Under the pieces are notes generated by a model. That model had not been told where the DNA came from. It did not search any database and was given only the letters and a program-made list of their open reading frames with translations. From assembly GCA_944326495.1 (NCBI GenBank), contig CALVEE010000069.1, forward strand, positions 1 through 32,348: 32,348 nt of DNA, given 5' to 3'. Positions 8,618-18,226 of this stretch are shown in pieces (position 1 is the first letter of the stretch; each line of letters opens with the position of its first letter). This DNA comes from Candidatus Gastranaerophilales bacterium (GTDB lineage Bacteria; Cyanobacteriota; Vampirovibrionia; Gastranaerophilales; Gastranaerophilaceae). The position numbers and the translations under genes are program-made.

Positions 8618-9685
8618 ATGAATTATCTTTATTTCCTCTATATTGAATTCCTTTCAAGACATAATATTCCAAAACTATTCGGGGATATTACATTCTATAT
8701 TATTCCGTTTTGTGTAATCGCAGCAGCACTTATTATTGCAGTGCTGATTCTTGTGCTTGCAGAGAGAAAGCTTCTGGGGTTTTTTACCCAGAGAAAAGGG
8801 CCGAACAGAGTCGGTTTCTGGGGTGTTTTGCAGACTTTAGCAGACGCGTTTAAACTTTTATGCAAAGAAAATATTACTCCAAAAGGCGTGGACAGATTTT
8901 TATTCAATCTTGCGCCCGTTATAATATTTATTCCGGTGATGACGGCTCTCGGGATAATTCCTTACAGTGCGGAATTTACGTTTGTTAATACGCAGACAAA
9001 TGTTATTTTGTATTTAATCCTTGCAGCTTTTCCGGTATTTAGTATATTTTTAGCAGGGTGGGCAAGTAATAACAAATATTCGCTTCTTGGGGCTATGAGA
9101 AGTATTTCGCAGGTTTTAAGCTATGAACTTCCGATTACTTTTGTGGTTTTATCAATTGTTGTTCTTGCTTCTTCTATGAATTTGACCGGAATTACATTAG
9201 CACAGTTTTCTAAATGGGGAATATTCGGCTGGTTTATTTTTCCTTGCATTCTGGGATTTATTATTATGTTTATTTCTGTCCTTGCAGAACTTAACAGATG
9301 TCCGTTTGATTTGCCGGAAGCAGAGAGCGAGCTTGTGTGCGGATATAATACAGAGTATTCCGGCATGAGATTTGCGCTTTTTTATCTGGGTGAATATGCG
9401 ATGATGTTTGCAAATTCCATGTTTATCTCGGTGTTATTCTTAGGCGGATATCTGCCGCCTTTCGGAAAATATTTATTCTCATCATCCTTTTTAATCTATT
9501 TTGAACAGGCTTTCTGGCTGTTTTTGAAAGCCGGATTTATTATTTTTATTATGATTTGGATTAGAGCAACTCTTCCGAGACTTGCGGCGTTTGATTTATT
9601 GAAATTTTCATGGGCTGTACTGCTTCCGCTCTCTATTATTAATCTTTTTATAGCTGTCTTAATTAAGATGGGAGGGCTTGTATGA
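8618..9685 (+). CDS. nuoH: Complex I-like subunit H (NuoH/NdhA)
   Basis: ERK...QRKGPNRVG, SNNKYSLLGAMR, PFDLPEAESELVCGYNTEYSG, RATLPR. Confidence 0.97.
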   Translation: MNYLYFLYIEFLSRHNIPKLFGDITFYIIPFCVIAAALIIAVLILVLAERKLLGFFTQRKGPNRVGFWGVLQTLADAFKLLCKENITPKGVDRFLFNLAPVIIFIPVMTALGIIPYSAEFTFVNTQTNVILYLILAAFPVFSIFLAGWASNNKYSLLGAMRSISQVLSYELPITFVVLSIVVLASSMNLTGITLAQFSKWGIFGWFIFPCILGFIIMFISVLAELNRCPFDLPEAESELVCGYNTEYSGMRFALFYLGEYAMMFANSMFISVLFLGGYLPPFGKYLFSSSFLIYFEQAFWLFLKAGFIIFIMIWIRATLPRLAAFDLLKFSWAVLLPLSIINLFIAVLIKMGGLV

Positions 9686-10056
9686 TATCTGAAATCAAAG
9701 CTTTGCGGGATGGATTATGGACTGTATTCAAGCATCTTTTTAAAAAACCTGTAACATTAGAGTATCCGGAAAAAAGGCGGGAATTAAATGAAGCTTTTAG
9801 GGGAAAATTAACTGTAAACGGCTGTGTGGGCTGCGGAATATGCAAGAGAGTCTGCCCTTCCGGTGCTATTGAATACAAAAAAAACGATGAGGGAAAAGTT
9901 TATTTTTATAAATTTGATTTAAAAAAATGTATTTTTTGCGGAAATTGTGCTTATTATTGCCCGAAAGGAGCTATTAAGTTAACAAAAGAATACGAACTTG
10001 CAAGCGGAGATAAAAATGATTTAAACTTAATCTATAAAGGAGGAGCGGATGATTGA
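9682..10056 (+). CDS. nuoI: Complex I-like subunit I, 2x[4Fe-4S]
   Basis: VTLEYP, CVGCGICKRVCP, CIFCGNCAYYCP. Confidence 0.96.
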   Translation: MISEIKALRDGLWTVFKHLFKKPVTLEYPEKRRELNEAFRGKLTVNGCVGCGICKRVCPSGAIEYKKNDEGKVYFYKFDLKKCIFCGNCAYYCPKGAIKLTKEYELASGDKNDLNLIYKGGADD

Positions 10057-10573
10057 TAATCCTGTAATATTTTATTCTGCAGCGTTTATGATTATTGCGT
10101 TTGCTCTTGCTGCGCTTTTTTCAAGGAATGTTATTTATTCTCTTCTCGCGTCTGTTTGTGTATTCTTTTTGGGCGCATTATTTTTCTATATTCTGGGCTC
10201 TGAATATAATGCAATAATTCAGGCTGCAATATACGGCCTTGCGGTTCCTGTTATACTCGGGATTTCAATAATGTTCAGGGGGAAATACGGGCAAAAACAA
10301 AAAAATGAACAGAGAAAATTCACTGTGCCTTATATTATGCTTATGTGTGCGGGAATATTTTGTCTTGCGTTTGTTTATCTGGTTATGATTTCTCTTGTTA
10401 TGCTGCCGGATACGTTTAATTTTACCGGCATGCCGGAGATTAGTGCTTATGATAATATACTTGCGTTCGCAAAAGGGATTTTTATTAATTATGTATGGGC
10501 ATTTGAACTTGTGTCACTTTTATTAACTATTGTTATTGCAGGGTTCTCTATGTTCAGAAAGAGGGGGGCGTAA
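10049..10573 (+). CDS. nuoJ: Complex I-like subunit J
   Basis: Five hydrophobic helices, YVWAFELVSLLL, operon position. Confidence 0.9.
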   Translation: MIDNPVIFYSAAFMIIAFALAALFSRNVIYSLLASVCVFFLGALFFYILGSEYNAIIQAAIYGLAVPVILGISIMFRGKYGQKQKNEQRKFTVPYIMLMCAGIFCLAFVYLVMISLVMLPDTFNFTGMPEISAYDNILAFAKGIFINYVWAFELVSLLLTIVIAGFSMFRKRGA

Positions 10574-10879
10574 ATGGCAGTCAGCGTTTACAGTTATTTA
10601 TTTTTAGGCCTGGTTTTGTTTCTTATCGGACTTGCGGGGTCGGTTTTGACTAAAAATGTTATAAAGGTTTTAATTTCTATCGAGTTTATGCTTTTGGGGG
10701 TTAATATAAATTTTGTTACTTTTGCGGTATTTTGTGACAGTGTAAATCTGGACGGCTGTATTCTAACGCTTTTTTATACCGGCTTAGGAGCCGTAGAACT
10801 TGCGGTTGCTTTGTATCTTTTTTATCTTATGTTCAGGAAAAAGCAGAGTGACGATATAGGGAAATATACGGAGTTATAA
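10574..10879 (+). CDS. nuoK: Complex I-like subunit K
   Basis: LISIEFML..VNINFV, AVELAVAL, three TM helices. Confidence 0.93.
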   Translation: MAVSVYSYLFLGLVLFLIGLAGSVLTKNVIKVLISIEFMLLGVNINFVTFAVFCDSVNLDGCILTLFYTGLGAVELAVALYLFYLMFRKKQSDDIGKYTEL

Positions 10880-10894
10880 AAAGGGATTGAAAAA

Positions 10895-12715
10895 ATGACA
10901 GACTTAATTCTGGATAATATTTATTTAATACTTCTTTTACCGCTTTGGTTATTTTTAATAATTATGGGCGGAAGATTTTTTTCTGTGTATGTAAATAAAA
11001 AAATTATCTATACGCTTACTCTTTTATCTTCATTTTTGGGAATACTGCTCTGTTCGGTTAGTATGTTGAAAATGGCTGACCCTGTAGTGCAAAGCTTTCC
11101 TTTTATTAAGATTAATAACTTTGCAGTAAATGCCGGTTTGTATATTGATAAATTTTCGCTTATTATGGCGCTTGTTCTTTTTCTTGTCAGTTTTTTTGTA
11201 CAGTTATTTTCTGTTCCGTATATGAAAGACGAAGAGAAGAATTACAGATTTTATGCTTATTTAAATATGTTTAATTTTTCGATGACGGGGTTGTTTTTCA
11301 GTCATAACATGTTTCAGATGTATATTTTCTGGGAGCTTGCGGGGGTAATTTCTTATCTGCTTATTGGTTTTAATTATAAAAATGAGGAAAAATCCCAAGC
11401 TTCAAGACGTGTATTTATTATGAACAGGATTGGCGACACTGCGCTTATCGGGGGAATTATTGCAGTATCTTATTTTATGTATAATTATGCAGCTAACCTT
11501 TCTTTAGCAGAGCTGGCATTTGAGGATATGAATGTTATTTCAGCTCTTCTTTATGCCTATACTTCAACTCCGCATTTCTGGATAATTTGTGTGCTGTTTA
11601 TTATTGCAGGCGCGGTCAAATCTGCTCAATTCCCTTTTTATACCTGGCTTCAGGATGCAATGGAGGCTAAACTTCCTGTAAGCGCGCTTCTGCACTCCGC
11701 AACTATGGTGGCGCTGGGTGTTTATTTGATGATAAGAATGGTGCCGTTTTTTATATTTGAAAAATACCTGCTTCTTCTGGTTATGATAATCGGAATTGTG
11801 ACTGCGGTTATTTGTTCTATTCTTGCCTGTATAGAGACATATCCTAAAAAAGTCCTTGCATACTCAACTTCGGCTAATTTAGGCTTAATGTTCTGGGCTG
11901 TCGGGATGGGAAATATTAAAGCGTGTATTATTCTTTTTATTGCGCATGCATTTATTAAATCAATGCTCTTTTTATGTCTCGGAATTAAAAATTCTCTTGC
12001 CGGATACATTACATTCCTGCTTGGAGGCTTAAGCCTTGCGGGACTTATATTTTCCGGCATGATTTCAAAAGAGATTATGTTTGCCAAAATGACAGGCTGG
12101 ACGGCAGTAATTTTCTGCGTAACAGCACTGTTAACCGCATTTTATATAATAAGGATTTCACTTGTTATGATAAAAGATGAGAAGCTTGAAAATAAAATTA
12201 ATTTTGCAGAATTTATTCCAACAGCTTTTTTGTTTATCCTTAACATAGTATTCTATTTTGTCATAAGAAAACAGGCTGAATACAAGATAGCCGAACCATT
12301 CTGGTGTGCGCTTGCCGGATGGGGAGGGGTATATTTTCTTTATACAAAAAACTTGCTTACAAAATTTTGCAATACTCCTAAGCTTCTTGAGAAATTTTAT
12401 AATAATATTCTGACAAAGGTTTATGATTTTATTGCAAAAGCTGCGGATTTTATTGAGATAAAAATCTTTGCAAACTATGAACCTTTAAAATGGCTGTGTA
12501 ATTTATCTGTTAAAATAGCAGGATTTGTTGAAGATAAAATTATGAACGGCTCCGTAAACTTTACGACAGCGGCTCTTAAGGCAGTTTCGAAATATGATTC
12601 CTGCGCTCAGAGCGGTAATGTTCAGACTTATAATGCGTATGCGTTTATTATTGTTACAGTAATAATAAGCTCTGTAATATTTATTTACTTGTTACTTTTA
12701 AATCAATTCAGCTAA
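10895..12715 (+). CDS. nuoL: Complex I-like antiporter subunit L
   Basis: FWELAGVISYLLIGF, NRIGD, KSAQFPFYTWLQDAME, VSALLHSATMV, KKVLAYST, C-terminal QSGNVQTY. Confidence 0.96.
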   Translation: MTDLILDNIYLILLLPLWLFLIIMGGRFFSVYVNKKIIYTLTLLSSFLGILLCSVSMLKMADPVVQSFPFIKINNFAVNAGLYIDKFSLIMALVLFLVSFFVQLFSVPYMKDEEKNYRFYAYLNMFNFSMTGLFFSHNMFQMYIFWELAGVISYLLIGFNYKNEEKSQASRRVFIMNRIGDTALIGGIIAVSYFMYNYAANLSLAELAFEDMNVISALLYAYTSTPHFWIICVLFIIAGAVKSAQFPFYTWLQDAMEAKLPVSALLHSATMVALGVYLMIRMVPFFIFEKYLLLLVMIIGIVTAVICSILACIETYPKKVLAYSTSANLGLMFWAVGMGNIKACIILFIAHAFIKSMLFLCLGIKNSLAGYITFLLGGLSLAGLIFSGMISKEIMFAKMTGWTAVIFCVTALLTAFYIIRISLVMIKDEKLENKINFAEFIPTAFLFILNIVFYFVIRKQAEYKIAEPFWCALAGWGGVYFLYTKNLLTKFCNTPKLLEKFYNNILTKVYDFIAKAADFIEIKIFANYEPLKWLCNLSVKIAGFVEDKIMNGSVNFTTAALKAVSKYDSCAQSGNVQTYNAYAFIIVTVIISSVIFIYLLLLNQFS

Positions 12716-12730
12716 ACAAAAAGGAGAGAT

Positions 12731-14224
12731 ATGGAAATATTTTTATCAATACCGTTTTTAATATTTATGCCGCTTGCGGTTTCTTTATTAGTAATATCAC
12801 CGCTTTTTACACGGAATGAAATTGTTGTAAGACGTTTTTCCAAGGGCGTATTTACATTCCATTTTTTGTATTCAATACTTATGCTTGCATTCTTTGACAA
12901 AGCAAATCCTTATGTGAGTGAAATCCACTTTTTCGGGCTGGATTGGGTTCAGTCGCTGGGAATAAAATTTATATTTAAAATAGATGCAGTTTCTATGGTT
13001 TTAACTGTATTAACCTCGTTTGTATTTTTGCTGGCTTCAATTGCAAGCAAGTTTAATATAAGAGAAAACCAAAAATTTTATTATGCCATGCTGCTTCTTC
13101 TTATGTCCGCGATTTTAGGAATATTTACTGCGGGGGATATGTTTGTATTCTTCCTGTTCTGGGAGCTCGAGCTTATTCCTGCGTATTTCCTTATAGGGGG
13201 TAACTGGAACGGGGGTAAATGGGCTGGAGAAACCGGATGTGATGCTAAAAATTCTGCCGTTAAGTTTGTATTGTTTACTTTTTTAGGAAGCATGGTTATG
13301 CTTTTGGGCATTCTTCTGCTGTACTATTATAATTATACACTGAACGGAATACTTTCAGCAAGTTTTTCTGATATTATAGACTCTCCTATACCTGTATCTA
13401 TTCAAAACCTTATTGCAGTATGTCTTTTAATAGGTTTTGGAGTTAAGCTCCCTATTATTCCGCTTCACAGTTGGCTTCCGGATGCTCATACAAATGCGCC
13501 CACACCGGTAAGCATGGTTCTTGCTGGAGTGTTGCTCAAAACAGGAGCTTACGGGATATATCGTTTTAATTACGAAACAATGCCGGAGTCTTTTCAGACT
13601 GCGGCGCCGTATTTGGCAATTTTGGCGCTTATTAATATAATCTATACTGCATTTGCTGCTTACGCACAAACTGATATAAAAAGAATTGTAGCTTATTCAA
13701 GCATTTCTAATATGGGCTTAATTCTGCTTGGAATGTGTGCTTATAACCGGATAGGCTTATCAGCTTCTCTATTCCATATGGTAGCACACGGACTTGTAAC
13801 CTGCGGTTTATTCATGATTGCGGGAATTGTTTATTTAAGATGTAAAAACAGAAATATAAATATTTTATCAGGAATAGCTGCTTATATGCCGAGATTATTC
13901 GGGTTTGCAGTATTAATTATTCTTGCTTCAATCGGTGTTCCTTTGTTTGCACCGTTTATAAGTGAAATTTTGACAATAATCGGGGCTATGAATTCGGATT
14001 TATCAGAAGTTTTGAAATTCACTGCAATATTCTCGCTGCCGCTTTTGATTTTAAGCTCCTGTTATATGCTCAAATTCCTGCATAAAAGCTTCTTCGGCGA
14101 ACCGGCGGAAGCTTATGAAAAAATTAATGACATAACGGTGCATGAATTTGTTGTGCTCGGAGCTGTTCTTGCGGGGCTTATAATTTTCGGGCTGTACCCG
14201 AATGCGATACTGGGAATGCTTTAG
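12731..14224 (+). CDS. nuoM: Complex I-like antiporter subunit M
   Basis: FWELELIP, VKLPIIPLHSWLPDAH, LAGVLLKTGAYG, DIKRIVAYSSIS. Confidence 0.96.
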   Translation: MEIFLSIPFLIFMPLAVSLLVISPLFTRNEIVVRRFSKGVFTFHFLYSILMLAFFDKANPYVSEIHFFGLDWVQSLGIKFIFKIDAVSMVLTVLTSFVFLLASIASKFNIRENQKFYYAMLLLLMSAILGIFTAGDMFVFFLFWELELIPAYFLIGGNWNGGKWAGETGCDAKNSAVKFVLFTFLGSMVMLLGILLLYYYNYTLNGILSASFSDIIDSPIPVSIQNLIAVCLLIGFGVKLPIIPLHSWLPDAHTNAPTPVSMVLAGVLLKTGAYGIYRFNYETMPESFQTAAPYLAILALINIIYTAFAAYAQTDIKRIVAYSSISNMGLILLGMCAYNRIGLSASLFHMVAHGLVTCGLFMIAGIVYLRCKNRNINILSGIAAYMPRLFGFAVLIILASIGVPLFAPFISEILTIIGAMNSDLSEVLKFTAIFSLPLLILSSCYMLKFLHKSFFGEPAEAYEKINDITVHEFVVLGAVLAGLIIFGLYPNAILGML

Positions 14225-14286
14225 GGTGATGAGACGCGAAGGTAAAGGTTGTTGTGAAGTAACTAAGTGACTACGAAATATGAAAA

Positions 14287-14326
14287 TCCCCCCGCCCCTT
14301 GTGGGAGGGGGTTAGGGGGAGGGGTC
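14287..14326 (+). repeat. Minimal BoxC-like repeat with G-quadruplex-compatible G runs, between nuoM and nuoN
   Basis: TCCCCCCGCCCCTTGTGGGAGGGGGTTAGGGGGAGGGGTC. Confidence 0.8.
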
Positions 14327-14378
14327 AAGCAAACAAGAACTTTTAATTGTAAAGATAAAACATAATAAGAGGATAAAA

Positions 14379-15806
14379 ATGCTTAACGATATATTTAATA
14401 TTTTACTGCCGCATATGTGTCTTGGAGGTTTTATCATACTCCAGCTTATTCTTTCAATAATCGTACATCCAAGATTGTACAGATATGCGCGTCTTGTTTC
14501 TATTTTCGGGATTGTATCTGCAATTGTACTGCTTGCAACAGTGCAGACAGAACCTCAGTATTTTGCGTTTAAAAATTCTTTAATGTCAGACAGCTATACG
14601 CTTCTCTTTGATTTTATGATACTATTGTGCGGATTTTTCTGTTCGCTGCTTACAAGAAATCTGGTTAAAACAATCAAAGGAAATGCTTATACTTTCCATG
14701 CAATATTTTTAACAGCTTTGTTTGCCGGTATGAATATTGTATCTGCAAATGACTTTTTAACCCTTTTTGTCTCAATCGAATTGTTGAGTTTTTCTTCCTA
14801 TTTTTTGATAGCTTCAAGAAAGGGGTATTATTCTAAAGAGGCAGCGTTTAAATATCTTCTCACTTCTGCAGTATCAACAGGATTATTTTTGTTTGGAGTT
14901 TCCTATATGTACGGAATAACAGGCTCTGTTAATCTCTCCGACATATATGAAATTACCGCAAATCAGGAGCCCTCGGTTATGTATTCAATTTCATCAATTA
15001 TGATAGTTCTGGGGCTCATATCAAAACTTGCGGTATTTCCGTTTGCTAATTGGATAATAGATGTTTACAAAGGTACTGAAAGTTCTATTCTGGCATTTCT
15101 TTCAACGGTGCCTAAATTAGCATTATTCGGAATAGTCTGCAGGCTGCTTGTTTTCCCGTTGAATAACAGTTTGGAATTGACTTTTGTACTTGCCCTTGTT
15201 TCGCTTCTAACCGCTTTCTGGGCAAATACTTATGCAATCAGAGAAAAGAATGTAAAAGTTATTTTTGCCTGTTCTGCCTCTGCTAACGCTTCATATGTAT
15301 TATTAGCAGCAAGCCTCGTTTCTGTTTATAATTTGTCTACAGTAATATTCTATCTCATATGCTATGTATTTATGAATATTTCAGTTTTTGCGTTTTTAAA
15401 TATATATGGTGATAAAAATTCTATGGAAGTCGAGGATTTTAATGGTTTGTTTTTCAAAAATCAAGGGCTTACAGGAGCGTATGCAATATCAGTTCTTGCT
15501 TTAGCCGGAATTCCTATAACATCAGGTTTTATTGCAAAAATTTATCTGTTTAGCGCTATCGCAAGTTCAGGGTTGATTTTTGTTCCATTCCTGCTTGCGC
15601 TCCTTTTATTAACAGTCGCGGCTTTGTATTATTACTTAAAAATTCTTTTGCCGCTTTTTGCAAAGGACTGCAGCGGCAGTACGTCTTTAACGGCAGTTTT
15701 TTCACAGAAATTTGTCCTTGTTTTTACTGCTCTTATTACAGTGTTAGTCGGAATTTTTCCTGAAATATTTATCGAACTTTGCAGATTTATTGCTTATAAT
15801 ATCTGA
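14379..15806 (+). CDS. nuoN: Complex I-like antiporter subunit N
   Basis: SIELLS, EAAFKY, KLAVFPFANWIIDVYKG, LAGIPITSGFIAK. RBS AGAGG. Confidence 0.95.
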   Translation: MLNDIFNILLPHMCLGGFIILQLILSIIVHPRLYRYARLVSIFGIVSAIVLLATVQTEPQYFAFKNSLMSDSYTLLFDFMILLCGFFCSLLTRNLVKTIKGNAYTFHAIFLTALFAGMNIVSANDFLTLFVSIELLSFSSYFLIASRKGYYSKEAAFKYLLTSAVSTGLFLFGVSYMYGITGSVNLSDIYEITANQEPSVMYSISSIMIVLGLISKLAVFPFANWIIDVYKGTESSILAFLSTVPKLALFGIVCRLLVFPLNNSLELTFVLALVSLLTAFWANTYAIREKNVKVIFACSASANASYVLLAASLVSVYNLSTVIFYLICYVFMNISVFAFLNIYGDKNSMEVEDFNGLFFKNQGLTGAYAISVLALAGIPITSGFIAKIYLFSAIASSGLIFVPFLLALLLLTVAALYYYLKILLPLFAKDCSGSTSLTAVFSQKFVLVFTALITVLVGIFPEIFIELCRFIAYNI

Positions 15807-15856
15807 TAGCAAAAAATATTTTTACGGGTTTTATTTATTCATAAGGAGAATTATAG

Positions 15857-17665
15857 ATGAATAAAATTGATAGTACTTGTAATATACAATTTAAGGGAAT
15901 AAGTCTTAGAAGAATAAGCCCGAGAAGAAAAAATTGTCAGATAGATACAGCCTGTATGCTTTCACAAAGCTTAAATGATGTTGTTGAATTAACTAAAAAT
16001 GTCTCAAAGAAAAGAATGGCATTTTGGGAAGCACTTGCTGTTAATTATAACCGGCATAATTATTATAGAAAACCTGCTGAACAAGAAAATTCAAAACTGG
16101 TTAATCTTGTTTTCAGCAAGGTAAAAAATCCTAAGGATATACATAGATATATTGTACACAATTTTGCAGAGTCATTCCAAAACATCTCAAGAATATTTGA
16201 TGCAGCTAAAAATAATACAAATAGTCTGGAATTTGTAAAACAGATTAATAAAGATATTTTTAAAGAACAAAGGCCTGCAGGTAATGATTTAATCCCCCGT
16301 TTGTTAGAGTCGCCGTTCAGCAGTAAGTATGTTAAAGGGTACAAGGATATAAAATCATATTTAATTCTCAATAAAGATAACCCTGATGCTGTAAGCGGGC
16401 TTGATAAAATGTTCGAAAACAATACTTTTGAAAGAAGCGTCTATGATAAAAAACTCTATGAACAGAAGATTAAGGACTCCTGGATTTTTGGAGAAACAGG
16501 GGTTTTGGATAAGCAGAAGTATCTTGAAAATTATTCAGAACCTGCAGGAGAAATAATATCTGATATGTACAGCCGTTTTCTTTTAACTCCGGAAGCAATG
16601 AAAGCCGGAAATGATAAAGAGGTGCTAAATATTATAAAAACTACTACTGATGAGAACTTGGAGCTAAGACTTAAGCTTTTAGAAAATTTTAGTGTGTCTG
16701 GTAACTATGATGCAAACGGCAAAAATAAAACTATAACGGGTCTGAATAAATTATTTGATACTGTAGATAGATATAAAGATGCCAGAAGTTTTGTTACAGA
16801 GTCTATGGCTGATGTCAAAAACAGATTATCTCTTGAAGAACTCAATGAAATCCTCGGGTTTGTACCTTTAAAAAGTCTTAATGTGTTTAGAAAAAACGCT
16901 TTAAGAATAATTTATAAAACAGAAGGAAATTCCAGAATTCAGGCGCTTAGAGATGAGATTACGAACCCGTTTTTTGAAACAGAAGCTTCAAAAGAGCATA
17001 AAAGACTTGCTTTAAAATACGGCTATGTTAAGAAAGACTCGTTTATAAAAAATCTTATAACAAAAGTTGAGAATTATTTTAATGTTGTAAGGTATTCTTT
17101 CGTTAAAGATAGTGAAAAAACAATTTCCCTTCCGGCGGATTTAAAACCATTAAATATCACTGCAGAGCCGGTTGTTTCTAAACCGGAAAAAGTTGATGCT
17201 AAAGCTGTCGTAAAAGAAAATGTTCTTTCTTTTGTCACTAAAAAACTCAGCGCCAAAACTTTTGACAGACAAAAAACAGCTTATAGCGCAAATGCTACAA
17301 AAATGCGCTTAGGAATGCTTCCGGAAATCTTTGCCTCTGTTGCTGATACAAGAAAAGCAGATAGAACTGTAGGAAAACGAAAAAATCAAGCTTATAATAA
17401 AGATGTGCTGGATTTGTATCTGCGGATTAACGGAAATAACAAAAAATTTGTTAACTATCTTCTTAAAAAACGTAATGTAGATAACACACGTATGTTCAAT
17501 GTAAAAGAGATTATTGCAATGCTGGATAAAGCAGAAGCAAAAATTGCTGCCAATAAAAAATCTAACCCTGAATACAGAGCCCGCGATGCAAGAAGATACT
17601 ACAACCACCTGTATGAAGCCAAAATCCAGCAGTACGGCAAACTCACAAAACCACGCAATAAATAA
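15857..17665 (+). CDS. Hypothetical protein, 602 aa, Lys/Asn-rich
   Basis: Long ORF with RBS AAGGAG. No recognisable domain. Confidence 0.85.
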   Translation: MNKIDSTCNIQFKGISLRRISPRRKNCQIDTACMLSQSLNDVVELTKNVSKKRMAFWEALAVNYNRHNYYRKPAEQENSKLVNLVFSKVKNPKDIHRYIVHNFAESFQNISRIFDAAKNNTNSLEFVKQINKDIFKEQRPAGNDLIPRLLESPFSSKYVKGYKDIKSYLILNKDNPDAVSGLDKMFENNTFERSVYDKKLYEQKIKDSWIFGETGVLDKQKYLENYSEPAGEIISDMYSRFLLTPEAMKAGNDKEVLNIIKTTTDENLELRLKLLENFSVSGNYDANGKNKTITGLNKLFDTVDRYKDARSFVTESMADVKNRLSLEELNEILGFVPLKSLNVFRKNALRIIYKTEGNSRIQALRDEITNPFFETEASKEHKRLALKYGYVKKDSFIKNLITKVENYFNVVRYSFVKDSEKTISLPADLKPLNITAEPVVSKPEKVDAKAVVKENVLSFVTKKLSAKTFDRQKTAYSANATKMRLGMLPEIFASVADTRKADRTVGKRKNQAYNKDVLDLYLRINGNNKKFVNYLLKKRNVDNTRMFNVKEIIAMLDKAEAKIAANKKSNPEYRARDARRYYNHLYEAKIQQYGKLTKPRNK

Positions 17666-17765
17666 TCCCTGACAGGCATTTCACTTATGAGGGAGACCCG
17701 TGGTTCCAATTTTATCCTGTAATCTTAACCAAATGTCTCCCGACAGATAAGTATATATTTACCCC
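17665..17765 (-). repeat. Diverged inverted copy of the 106-bp GGGAGAC-N37-GTCTCCC repeat
   Basis: Reverse complement GGGGTAAATATAT..TC-GGGAGAC-ATTTGGTTAAGATTACAGG...-GTCTCCC-TCA aligns with the units at 19167-19376, with the same 37-nt spacing. Confidence 0.8.
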
Positions 17766-17830
17766 TTCCCCTCTGGTTAAAAATCTGATTTGATGGTAAT
17801 ATAGTAGTAATTCAAAGAGGATTGGAAATT

Positions 17831-18226
17831 ATGAAAGCTGCGGAATATTTTAATAAAGGTTATACCTGCGCGGAAAGCGTGATTATGGAAGCTATCGAAA
17901 AAGGACTTGTACCGAAAGAACTTCTTCCTGTCGCTACAGCATTTTCCGGCGGCATGGGCTCCGGATGCTTATGCGGTGCTGTTGCTGCTTCACAGATGGT
18001 CATCGGTTATCTTTTCGGACGTGAAAATGATGCCGGAAACGAAGTTCTTGCAAGGGCCAAGGCAAAAACATTTATTGATGAATTCAAAAAAAGCCATAAA
18101 GCAACATGCTGCAGAGTCTTGACTGCCGGAATGGATATGGCTTCTCCTGAGAGAAAAGCACATTGCACAAATATGGTTAGTGATTGCTCAAGAATTCTTG
18201 AAGAAATGGTTAAGGTAAAAGTTTAA
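17831..18226 (+). CDS. C_GCAxxG_C_C family putative redox/metal-binding protein
   Basis: GYTCAESV, FSGGMG..CLCGAVAA, TCCRVL, HC. ATG 17831 follows RBS AGAGGA. Confidence 0.9.
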   Translation: MKAAEYFNKGYTCAESVIMEAIEKGLVPKELLPVATAFSGGMGSGCLCGAVAASQMVIGYLFGRENDAGNEVLARAKAKTFIDEFKKSHKATCCRVLTAGMDMASPERKAHCTNMVSDCSRILEEMVKVKV

